A DNA stretch of 64,000 bases, from NCBI GenBank assembly GCA_976226885.1, contig OZ320313.1:115692001-115756000 (forward strand). The letters run 5' to 3'. The stretch is from Iphione sp. A-MEVVRFRX5 (lineage: Eukaryota). Shown here one piece after another: positions 1 to 11,021 of this stretch (positions are counted from its first letter, which is position 1; each line of letters opens with the position of its first letter). The notes beneath the pieces are model-generated. The model saw only the letters and a program-made list of their open reading frames with translations. It was not told where the DNA came from and ran no database searches. A program made the translations under genes and the position numbers.

Positions 1-2767
1 TATCTTAGAGGTCCCTTTGTCACATTTTGTAAACCGACGATGCCTTGATAGCAATTGCATTGCTTGACGAGATTCTGAGTAAGGCAACTGACTGCTCAAG
101 CCCCAGCGGGAGATAACCCGCGCCAATAACGGTCACACAGGTATGATCACTTTCTAGATGTGTCCAGACAAAGAATGGATTGTACGACTATACCTTTCCC
201 CCAGGAGATGGTTGCAATCTACGAAAATCGGTTTATGTAGTCAGCCTGGTGAGACGACTAAAATTGCCCCTGACATGCCTCTGAGGAAAGGAAAAACGTA
301 AATTAATTTCCATTGCTTCAGGATTCGACTCACGCTGTCGTCTACTAGAACGTGTGGGATAACTGTCTCTTAGGCAAATGGAGTTGAATTTAGGAATTAA
401 AAGAAAGACTAAATAGTTTTATCCCACTGAAGAAGAATGAAGAAGATTTGGGTTCACCAGAGTTTCTAAGAGAAAGCCGAATTGAGACGAAAATCTTACT
501 GCTTTATGAATTGGAAGTAGTTGATATTAAGTAGATTATGACTGAATCGAAATCACCGTATCTGGATGTTTCACGGCTAAGATTTGTAACTCGCTTAATA
601 ATAGCAACGTCCTCGTGCACATAGGAGTAATATAGGAGAGACAGCTCCTTTGTCTCTCACGATTGATAAAACAGATTAGTGTTTTTTACATCTACTTGTC
701 GGGGTAGTACTGATACCAAAAATCTCCGATTGGAATTCCATCCAATCTGGACTAAGGATTTAGGGCAACATCTACTTCGGAGAGATGTGCCCTTAGATAA
801 CTCAGTTCATATTTGAGTGAAGGATATGGATGAGGACAGCAAGGTTAGATGGCGACAATGTGAGAAGAAATCTTGTCAAGCAAGAAAGTTCAACTGACTC
901 TGCTACATACACAACGCAAAGAGAGGGACCATACGTAGATGGCATTTTCAATGGACGTTAGAATGCAGATGGCCTAGTGGTGCCTAGAGGTCCAAAACGA
1001 AACGCCGCTAACTGTGCAGATCAATCACTTCGTCGCCATGAACCGCACCAGACATTACTCATGAAAAAAGCTCCTTTCATCCTTCCTTCGGTTCCATTAC
1101 TTCAGAGACGAGGGGAGAGAACTCGAGCGCCAGCAAACACTGATGACGCTAGTCCATACACAGTAGACCTGCTCCGGCCTGCCGCCATGTTAACTGCTAC
1201 GGATAACTATAGGAACGGCTTGGTGCTGACGCCTCCCTAGCTCCTCTCCCTTTGCATCGGCCCTATGAATGATTTTTTAAAGCTTCACGCCAGCAATGAA
1301 TTACTTATGCTGATCATGGGCGATGAAGGGAGGAAGGGCAAATGCCAACCGAGGCAATTAGGAGTGCAGATTCTTGCCCGGCGGTCCCCCCAGTGATGAC
1401 ACAGCGATCAAGCCCGCTCTACGTTGGACCTGCCCTGAGTAAGTATCAAGCCCATCTCCAGTCCGCCCTCCGTTTACCACATGTATTCATCACTTTGCAT
1501 TAAGTTCCTGTCACCGATTGCATAATGACAGGCGATTACAAGTCTTGGAAGCAGAAACCAACTCTTGTTGTAGAGGCAGCCAGTCAAGACTAGCAGTGAG
1601 ACTGACCTTTGTCTGTGATGGGGAAAAAAAGGGTTCCTCTAGAAGTCTGAGATTGGATGCCGCGGTCCGGTTGACACTGTTGGCGACCGTAGAAAGCAAA
1701 TATTTTCAGTATAAGCTGGCAGCATCACTATTCCGCCCTTTTTATGTGACCCGCAAGGTGTTAAAATACCCCATCGATTTTGTAATGAAAGCGACCGAGT
1801 CCCGTAGCTAGGATTTCTTTTTCCACTCTCCTCTGTGTTGCCTTCGGAACGTAATGACGCTATCGATGAAACCAACAGTCTGCTCATGGGGAAAAATGTA
1901 TTGTTGATATTCGAGATGAACGAGCTATAGAAAGTTTCATGTCCAATTCCCAGCGGTGAAAAATGGTATGATAAACGGGGTCTGGCGGTAGGCCCTCCGC
2001 CAGGACCCGTCATCAATAGCGACTGTGCGTGGAGAAGGGCATGAGGCGGAGGGATACGTCAACGTTTGGATAAAGGATGCCTGGAAGAAGCCAAAGGAGA
2101 AGCAATATTTACAGCAAATGTCGTTGGAAATGCCTCACACAAGCCTTGATGAGAGAGACAAGGTAATGCCTACAAAGCCTGGTAAAAGCCACGAGGAGCT
2201 CGCAATGTATATGTAATATCCACGAGATTAATTGTTACCTCTGACAATAACCTTCTATACAGCCCTCTGATTTATTGATATAGATAGCGAACTAATGCTG
2301 AGAAACGAGTCACGTTGTCTGCAGTATACCTGTGTAATCTGGACATTAGGCTGGAGTTCTGGGAGCGATACAAAAAATAACTAGCATGAAAATGATATTT
2401 TATTGGAGGTGTACGCTATTTAGGTTTCTGTGGAGAGCTTCACGTCAATACGGAATATGGTCTCGTTTTTTAGCTTTTAATACACCCCAGACGTTCTATA
2501 GTCTAAACTACGTCATGCACGAATGTGTTATTTCAATTAAGTGTGGCCGTGCCATCTCATTAAATCTTAAATGTAAGGATGGTAATTGTACAGCCCAGGC
2601 ATTTGGCGCCTCGCGTCAAAGTATGTTACCATTGCCAGATGCGAATTGCATAAATATGCTTATTTTTAACATAACAACAGCTTATTATTCGTCCGATCAC
2701 TTGGAAAATAATGTATGGACTAAGGAGGTTCACTTTTAAAAGTAGGCGTGTCTGCTATTTACATCAA

Positions 2768-3098
2768 TTAGGCCTAATAAAAGACATCTTAGTTTCCGGT
2801 AACCCTAAGACCCCCTATTTGGGTACTAGTAGATTATTTTTTAGTTTTTGTTTAATGGACAACTCAGGATTAAATAAGGATAGAGACTTATGTTATACAC
2901 TTTTGTCTTCCTTAAAGTCATAGTTTCCTTTTAATATATGTTTTTTAGTATCCAAGCAAGAGAAGTGATATTGCCATAGACATTTGTCCCTTTCAGAGAA
3001 AACTAATACTGGAAAAAAAGAAAATAAAAAAATACCTCCTACCGACCGACCCTCTACTTTTTCAGATTGTTACTGGAAACAAAGAACTTTTTTTAGGT
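2768..3098. mobile_element. Small non-autonomous DNA element with ~34-bp imperfect TIRs and terminal TTAGG direct repeats (possibly Crypton-like)
   Basis: The left end AGGCCTAATAAAAGACATCTTAGTTTCCGGTAAC compares with the reverse-complemented right end AGACCTAAAAAAAGTTCTTTGTTTCCAGTAAC. TTAGGC (2768) and TTAGGT (3093) bound it, and it has an internal cctaccgaccgaccct motif. Confidence 0.5.
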
Positions 3099-4172
3099 CT
3101 CAGTAAACCATAATATTGAATAGTTTATACTGACACCCATGCCGTCCACACATATACTTTTATTCGTTCATTATTACACCTAAAATGATGCAAATTATAT
3201 CCTGAACCGCGGTATGATGCGAAATGCGCTAACATTTAGATAAATTAGATACAGGATTCTGCTCTTTTATGATGATACATGGTAAACTTGTATAAGGGTC
3301 TTACCTCTCTCTCTTTCTGTCTCTCTCTATCTCTTTATCTATCTTCCAAACATAACTAAACAATACAGCCAAACACAAATAAACAATACAGCCAAAACCT
3401 TTTGTGCTGACTTCAGCCAAAGACATACTTAATCAAGACTCGCTGGAATTGGTGCCTAACTCCGGCAGCGTCAGGCTACAGGCAGAGGATGATGCTGTAA
3501 CATTGGCCATTTGAACAGCCTTCAGACATGCATAAACGCGTGGCGTCTGGTGGACGGGAGGGGCGCTCGTTAACGCAGCCTCACCCCTCTTTAAATGGGA
3601 GCTTTCCCAAACCTCATTGTCCCTTTTTTTACATCACATAGCATCACATTGCCATCCGCTCACTTTTTACCATCAACAACACAGGGAAAACAGCTACTGG
3701 ATCCAGTATGACCTTGGGTGTAACGTGGCCGTAAACGTGGGTCCCTACCATCCGTGTAATTGGTTCGTTGCCCGACGGGAAACGCGCGTGTTGCCAATTC
3801 TGCCCAACAGAGGCCTCTGATGGGCGTATCGGACGCCAATAAGTAATAGATCGTCATGAAGAACCGTTCATTTTCCATCAGAACTTTGAAATTCAATACA
3901 ATAGTTAGCGACCCGTATTAAAGGGCCCCGTGCTCGAATACAGCGGTTCGTATTCAATTATAAGGCTGATTTTTTTTTTCGTAATGAACTTTTCAGATAT
4001 GAATGATTTGCCTCCCTTAAGCCACTTTTCGATATTTGCAGCACATATGTATAAGGTAAGTGTATATCACGGGCGGATCAATATTGTATATAAAAATAAA
4101 TCTTGCTTTATAAACATGCACATATTACAAGTTACGTCTAGAATTTCATATAAATGCTACGATAGATCATAC

Positions 4173-4217
4173 CTGGGTGAGCCATACGTTGGTCGTCATA
4201 ATTTGATTCTTTTCGTC
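4173..4217 (-). CDS. nAChR subunit exon 3 (45 nt, phase 0/0): DEKNQIMTTNVWLTQ
   Basis: The minus strand reads ttgtgttattctactttcag|GAC GAA AAG AAT CAA ATT ATG ACG ACC AAC GTA TGG CTC ACC CAG|gtatga. It has a pyrimidine tract, AG acceptor and GT donor, is exactly 15 codons, and matches the canonical nAChR motif that follows LIDV. It is too short to appear in the ORF track. Confidence 0.96.
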
Positions 4218-7200
4218 CTGAAAGTAGAATAACACAAACTTTAATATATAAAATGTAAACGACGAATAACGGGTTGTGCTGAGTTATAATAGTATCAACG
4301 ATGATGAGCCACTAAGCACGTCTGAATAATGGTGAACGTACAAACACAAGCAAGGATAATCTTACCCTTGGTCATCTCGGTTTGGTGATATCGTGTACGG
4401 TATCTTATTGAGATACTTTAGATTATCATTGACGATGAAGTACAACGTTATAATGCAGATATATATGCAATTACCTCTGTATAAACAGTATTATCTGATG
4501 TAATGAGCCTTATGAGTCTTAGATCTGGGCCAGTCACACAATCTGATAAACAGAGACGTCGAAGTAAAAAGCTGACGCGCGTTCCTCTGAAGACGGGAAC
4601 GTTTTCCCGTCAATTTTTCTTACGCTTGATGTCCACTTTATTTTGTTTTTAGCAAAGGAAGGCCAGAATGAATTTCTATGCTTATAATATCATGTAGATA
4701 GAAACATCACCACACCATCTCATGTGAATTACTAAGTGCTATGCGGAGTATGCATTAGCACTCTACCTGAAAGAAGACGACCTGTTCAAATACGGTGCAA
4801 GTCGAAGTGCATCATCGATCCCATCTATAAACAAATATCTCTGTTGCACTCTTTGGTTCATTAAGGAAGGCGATACATTTGCTGTGGTCAGTATTTGTGG
4901 CCAATACCGGACAGCTGCTGTTTACTCAGTCACCTTTCAGCCGAAAATGGTACGACCAGACGCCTTTGGGTGAAACCTCTACAGCCCCAACAAGACTTTG
5001 AGAAGAAATGACAACATCAAAGGGCACCGGTACCGGATAGATTACACACCACGCAATGCGGTCTTTAGAACATGAAAGCTTGCAGGGAGGATAGGGCCTG
5101 CCTCGTAATTACAGGCACCGTCTGCCCAGTCTGCTTTGTTGTCTTATTAATGCTGATTGACTTACTGCTTTCGGTATGATCCACAGTGATTAAATCTGAT
5201 CCGGTGTGAGAGTAAGTCAGGCCAGATATGGAGCATGGATTTGGATGCGCTTAGGAATCAGTGAACGTCATGTTCTTTAAAATTGAGTTGCTAACTCTCA
5301 GTAGTTTAGTTCCGTACACTGAGATGGCCGGTTAATTTTCCTAATTTACACCACGGCCGCTTTAAATAAGTGGAAAGCTTATTTCAAGTGAGCAACAAAC
5401 AGTACAGGCGTCAGAGCAGCTCTTCCTCTATGGCGCCATCCTGTTGAGTGTGTTAGACCGCATGTCTTTACCGGCAATGCTATTGTGAGGCGATGCTTTA
5501 TTTAAGATTCCTCCGAACACCTACGTCCAGGCTACAAACCAACCATATAAAGAGCCGACCGGCACTGAAGCATGATAGACTTGTGCCGCTAATTTCCCCA
5601 TCGGAATAATAAATATATGAGCCTTATTTCGAGTTCGGTGGGAGCGGCTGAATAGCTGTGCGGGTCAGTGATGTGTTTAGCCCTGACTAGGGGCGTCTAC
5701 GGCCCGCTTTATTTGCCCTCGGAGGTCCCTTCACGAGGATTGCCTAATGCCGGGCCGCGGGCCTGCATCGACCACCCGAACCGCCGAGCGGATCGATCGG
5801 AGCCAAACATCCAGCGGCCTTTCTTAGGCGCCTACAAGCCCCCCCCCCCCCCGCAGCTAAAAACGCCACCGTTGTATTACTCCAGCACCAATACGTACCA
5901 GAGCGACCCCCTAGGCACTGTACCCCATCTTTCATGGGCTATGGGAAAATAAAGGACAATAAAACAATAGAAATGCTCTTAAACTTAAACTTAAGCAAAT
6001 AAAAGGACAAATTTCGTAGTAAATAGACCTACATATCGACTTTATTCACAGCGAAAGCCAAAGCGTTTGAGGAAGCTATTACTGTGCAAAATTTCAATTC
6101 AAATCCAATCAGGTTCTTCGCAAATTGAAACTGACATCTCTACAGCATATCGCTACACGTATTGTGACGTATAATGCAAAGAATAGTACAGCCAGTTGCA
6201 TCCTTGTTTTCGACATAGCATAGGCCGACTTCAGTTTGGAATCCTGCTTGTAACACTTGTCATTCCACCATATCAAATTATATTGGTTGATGTAGAGTTC
6301 AGACGCGGTTAGCGTAGAGTTCAGATGCATTTAGCAACACACTATCCTCATTACTGTTGAATGCACAGCACTCTTCCATAAGTGCATCCTACGTAGGCAC
6401 ATGTATGTTTGGATCGTTGGACATTATACAGGTGTTAATTTTTAAATGAAACCTCAATGGAGTAGAAGTGCGCTACACGCCACGGGGATTTTATGCGTCA
6501 TTCGTCAATATGTAGCGGACAATGGTCGCATAGGATCCATTGCCAGAATTTTCTTTCTTGTGTTCAAACCCGGTGAGAGAAAATGAGTAATAATTTAGCT
6601 GTTGATTTCACCAACGACTCAATCAAGCTTTCATACGCTAGAGACTGTCTTTGTTTAATAACGAACAACCCCCCAGAGCCTAGTTTGAGTTGCAAACATC
6701 ATCTAGCGCTTACAGTAGGTACTCGTTTCAATACATGACATAGTTATAAACAATCAGACAATCCAGGCGTCGCCACCTCCTAAAACTCTCTATTTCCCTC
6801 TCACGTTACTGACGCCTACTTCCATGGAAGCCCGAGGAATCTGGACCTGAAAGGGACTTATTCATTCTAAGACAAGTGTTGGTTATTCTAGCCTTCCTCT
6901 TCTCATTCAGTCGTTGAAGACGTAAAAGTATGCTTGTCCCGATGCGTAAAATATGCATGGGGAGCCGCCAGCATGTATTAGAAGCCTTGGCCGCCCAACA
7001 TGCTAACTAGGTTTGATTGCTTGCTGGCCAAGTGTGAGGAGACGCAGCCCTCGAGGGAGGATCTAGGCTGGGATTAGCCTCCCTGGTGATTAGCCGCAGT
7101 CTTTGTCTGGCCGCCCGATTTTCTGTGGACGCCATTGTGGCCTTTCTCAATCGGCCACAATGCACAGGATCAACACTTTGGGCCGCTTTTACGTGCAGGG

Positions 7201-7945
7201 GCGTTGCGCACGGTGATGCAACGCCATTATTACACATCCCAGATCCCCCACCCCCGTGCTGGATTGTGGTGTCACAAAGCCAGCCGCCGCCTCATGAGGG
7301 ATGGGCCCGGCTGTGAGAAACCAGCAGTGACTGAGTAATGGGCGTGCGCAGCGGATCGTGAAGCGACTTAAACGAAACGGAAACAGGCCGCAAATGCGAG
7401 AGTTCGGGTGCGGCCTAGTCTAGTCTACACAATACCAGCCTGGCCTATGTAATGTCCAAATACTCGGGCGGGGAATCAATAGTATGTACAATGACGCGAT
7501 CACTATTAATCGCGCGAACAGTGACAGTCGCGGTTCTGTATAACTCCTGGGGGATTTACCAGGTACTGAGAGGAATCATGGTTGCACTCATGCAATTATT
7601 GTTACCGAGTGTCCATTAAGTGTCTGGGACATGAAACGGATGGGACGAATGTAGATGAGGCCAGCTAATTTATTGATGAGAGGAGAATCCGTAGCAAAAT
7701 AAATTGAAGCTGGCTGTCAGTAAAGAATCGCATTCCACAAACCGCGGCCACTATTCCACACATTGCGACAACTACGTATATCTAATGGTGGTGCTTGCTG
7801 GACTGATTTATCTGACATCTATTACGGTAGACCTGGGTGTTCTGAATCAGGTTGATTTGGACTGTGCTCCAAACGGGTACGGCTCAATTTGCAGATACAT
7901 GTAGTTTGCCACCAACATGTTGTCAGCGAAGAGGACAGGTATGGA

Positions 7946-7967
7946 GGGGTGCGGGGTTGGGGATGGG
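7946..7967 (+). other. Canonical G-quadruplex motif
   Basis: GGGGtgcGGGGttGGGGatGGG. Confidence 0.5.
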
Positions 7968-8276
7968 CCTGCCCTTGCTTTAACGAGGCACGCCACATCA
8001 GGGGCAGTGCCTACAACCAGCAGGAGTTATTTAAGTCTTCAGCTGGGCAGACTGTCCTGTAAGGTGGGTGGCCTTGAGGGCGGTCAGCAGGTGTTGGACG
8101 GCCGACGCCAGCGCGGCATGCGTCAATAGAAAATTGTTTTATCGTTATGTTTCCACCAAACATTTCCTGTACAATCGCTCCAAAAGGTCTTCCAGTGTAC
8201 GTAGATGAAACGGGAAGAATAAATTACATGTATGGCAACATTTTAAAAAATATTACCTGACACTGTATCCGCACCT

Positions 8277-8671
8277 CAGGCCCCCCACTCTTATTAAAGG
8301 GGGACGTATGCATATTCCACAACATCCACACAGCATATTTTCACTGATTTTTTTCTACAAACAAACCTTTTTAACCGAAACATTTTTCATTGTACATGTT
8401 TATTAAACCAGGAAATAGGTTTTCAGCTTTTCAGCTTTTCTTAAACATCCTCCTGGACCAGAATACTATCATCTATTATTGAGAATTGAGAAACCAGAAT
8501 AGGGTTGCCCCCTACTCTACTTTCGAACCGGTTTCTGGGTTCTTTTTGTGCATTCGGGAAAGAAAACTTTTTACTTAATTGCTGACATATAGAGAGATAA
8601 AAAAACATCCCTTCATCCATAACTCTTGGAACTAGGATGCTCACATATTAGCTGTATCGGTGGGGGGACTG
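8277..8671. mobile_element. Possible old MITE (TIR CAGKCCCCCCAC)
   Basis: CAGGCCCCCCAC at 8277 versus GTGGGGGGACTG at 8660-8671 is an 11/12 inverted match around an AT-rich interior. No clear TSD. Confidence 0.3.
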
Positions 8672-9800
8672 TGACATGTACATGTACATATCTATATACA
8701 TAGACATCTACATAAAATGTTTTCATGAAGTACGCGAATGCAGCCTTTTATTCTTGTGAAAAGAAAAACGGTTTCAGACATGAATGGCAGCAACAGACGA
8801 TGACATGCAGCCTCTGATGCGCCGATCACGCTAGAATAAGATTCTGTACAAACTTCAATCGCAGCCTGTTTCATTGCATGATATATTCTATGCCACGATC
8901 TTCATATATTTTTCTGGTACCTGGTCACATGTGGGTAATAAATCATGTCAAACAGCGATGAACTGTATAATAAAATCTTTGAAAAAACAGTCCACTTTGT
9001 GCGAACCGCGCGAGCGACTAAATCAAGGAAATACGCACGTAATTCAATGGCCCTTGGAAACATTTTACATTAAAATGCAACGTCACAGATGTTATGGTGA
9101 AAATAAGATGTCTCACAAGCTTATGATCATATTCTCTCCACGCAGTGGGTGCATTGTACTACATGAGTGCAGATTTCTATTCAATCATTGATTAGTGCTT
9201 AGTGTACGATCCGTCTCTGGTTGATCTATCTGCATCATGTTGACTCAGTGCATGAACGCGTCATTTAAGCAATAAACTATTCAGTTTCCAAATGAATCCC
9301 TCACTTGTTTTTTGGTACCAAAATTAGCCTTGCATTAATCGATTCACCGGAATCGTTGTTGGATCTTATTCAATGTGAATGGCATTTTCTCAGGAAAGTC
9401 CATTTTATACACGAGAACACTTAATACTTGTATTTCAAATCTTTCCACCAGGAATGTAAATTCCAATCTCCTCTGGAACAGCATATTCCAACATGAAAAA
9501 CGATCACCATCTCTGTATATAAAACCAGCACTCTTATTGTATTCGAGACAAACATACTAACATAATGTTCTTCTGCACCTGGCCCCATTTTCCATGTATC
9601 CGGATTTCAAATCCTAACTACGTGCACAGTTGTAAAGGGAAACATTGTATTGTAACAAAGCACAGGGCCTTTCCATGTGTCTTGGTCCAGAGTCTGGAGT
9701 CCGTTGTATAAAAACAAGCAAAGTTATCTAGTATCGCAGGCTCCAGAGGGAAAAATGAATGAGTATAGAGGAGACATGAACAGTGTCAGGAACAGTGTAA

Positions 9801-10388
9801 GGCTTGCTTTTCATGTGTCTGGAAATTATCTGTCGACCATGGATGCGTAGGTCCAGAAAAAATTAAACTATGATGTTCAACATGATTGTTTCCATGTATC
9901 AGTACTCCATGCTCCATGTGTGGAGATGGAAAACGAACCTGGGCCATAAATTTCTCCAGGTTCCAGAGCATGGACATACGGACCAGTAGCATATGTAGAT
10001 GGACATTTTCAGACAGACATTTATATATCATCTGATAGATGATGTGAAATATTTTTTAATTTGCATAAGAACTACACAATTTCCACCAATCTGCTTCAAC
10101 CTCCTTGAAAAAACTACACAATTTCCACCAATATGCTTCAACCTGCACAAAAAGTCACACAATTTCCACCAATATTCTTCAACCTCCACAAAAAAAACAC
10201 ACAATCTCTGTCTCTCTCTCTCTCTCTCTCTCTGTGTGAGGGAAGGTTTTTGACCGTTTCTGACCATTCATTACCATCTCTGACCGATACACATGGAAAG
10301 TACCTCTCTGGAGAGGTGCAGAAAACTGGCCAATTCTCTGGACAGCCACAGAGTATGGAAGAAAAACTCCACATATGGAAAGCCGGCC
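9801..10388. mobile_element. PIF/Harbinger-type MITE 'C' (588 bp), TAA target-site duplication
   Basis: TAA|GGCTTGCTTTTCATGTGT ... CACATATGGAAAGCCGGCC|TAA gives imperfect TIRs and a 3-bp TAA TSD (9798-9800 and 10389-10391). It contains a ~42-bp tandem core and (TC)n. Confidence 0.75.
10078..10234. repeat. ~42-bp tandem repeat (3 copies plus partial) followed by (TC)n, core of MITE C
   Basis: The anchor aatttccaccaat occurs at 10078, 10120 and 10161, with a partial copy at 10203, then (TC)n at about 10205-10234. Confidence 0.9.
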
Positions 10389-10391
10389 TAA

Positions 10392-11021
10392 GGGCCAGTT
10401 TCCTTATGTGCGTTGGTGTCTGTGTGTGTTGCCATGCATTTTAAATGGACTGTAGGCTATCAGTTAAGGGTGCCAATTGTATGCGTGAGGTGTCTGTGTG
10501 CGTTGACATGCGTTGCCCGTTTTCCATCCCTGACCGATAATTTAACGCACACGGACACCAACGGAGAGCAGTATACAGGAGCCTTTGAATCAGGTGATAG
10601 ATCTATGATAGATGTATGAAAGATGATACTTTCATACTTTTTCCAGTGACATTCACCAGTTTTTATACTTTTTTTCAGTGAAAGTCACCAGTTTTTATAA
10701 TTTTCCAGTGACAGTCACCAGTTTTTATACGTTTTTTCAGTGAAAGTCACCAGTTTTTATAATTTTCCAGTGACATTCACCAGTTTTTATACTTTTTTCC
10801 AGTGAAATTTGCCAGTTTGGGTCCTTTTTCCAGTGACATTAATCAGTTTTCGGCAGCTCATTTACAGGTAAAACCGCAGGTAAATGCAGGTACAATGGAC
10901 CTCAATAGACACCCCTATGCGTTAGGCTGCATTAAGAGAAAACGCATGTAAAACACATACTAACACAGACGGACAGCAAACGCATGCTAACACAGCTCAA
11001 TGCATGTAAGGAAATCCACCC
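10392..11021. mobile_element. PIF/Harbinger-type MITE 'A' (630 bp), TAA target-site duplication
   Basis: TAA|GGGCCAGTTTCCTTATGTGCGTTG ... CAATGCATGTAAGGAAATCCACCC|TAA gives about 24-bp imperfect TIRs and a TAA TSD (10389-10391 and 11022-11024). It contains a 30/32-bp array. Confidence 0.8.
10644..10852. repeat. Tandem array of alternating 32/30-bp units, core of MITE A
   Basis: The anchor cagtga occurs at 10644, 10676, 10706, 10738, 10768, 10800 and 10831. Confidence 0.95.

Noticed and set aside
318-385. Possible decayed tRNA-derived SINE head on the minus strand (gagtcgaatcc box-B-like)
   Set aside because: Box A is poor, there is no cloverleaf, and there is no second copy.
1392-1438. C/D-box snoRNA-like GTGATGA...CTGA
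   Set aside because: Too short and lacks a terminal stem.
1-4172. Search for nAChR exon 4 (EWxDYKLxWDPxEYGG...)
   Set aside because: No matching minus-strand sequence was seen, so it presumably lies left of the window.
7133-7162. 10-bp perfect hairpin, also an inverted pair of Sox-like sites
   Set aside because: About one such stem is expected by chance in 64 kb, and it is too short for a pre-miRNA.
10644-10852. CRISPR-like appearance of this array and the 51629 array
   Set aside because: The units are contiguous with no unique spacers, there are no cas genes, and the context is eukaryotic.
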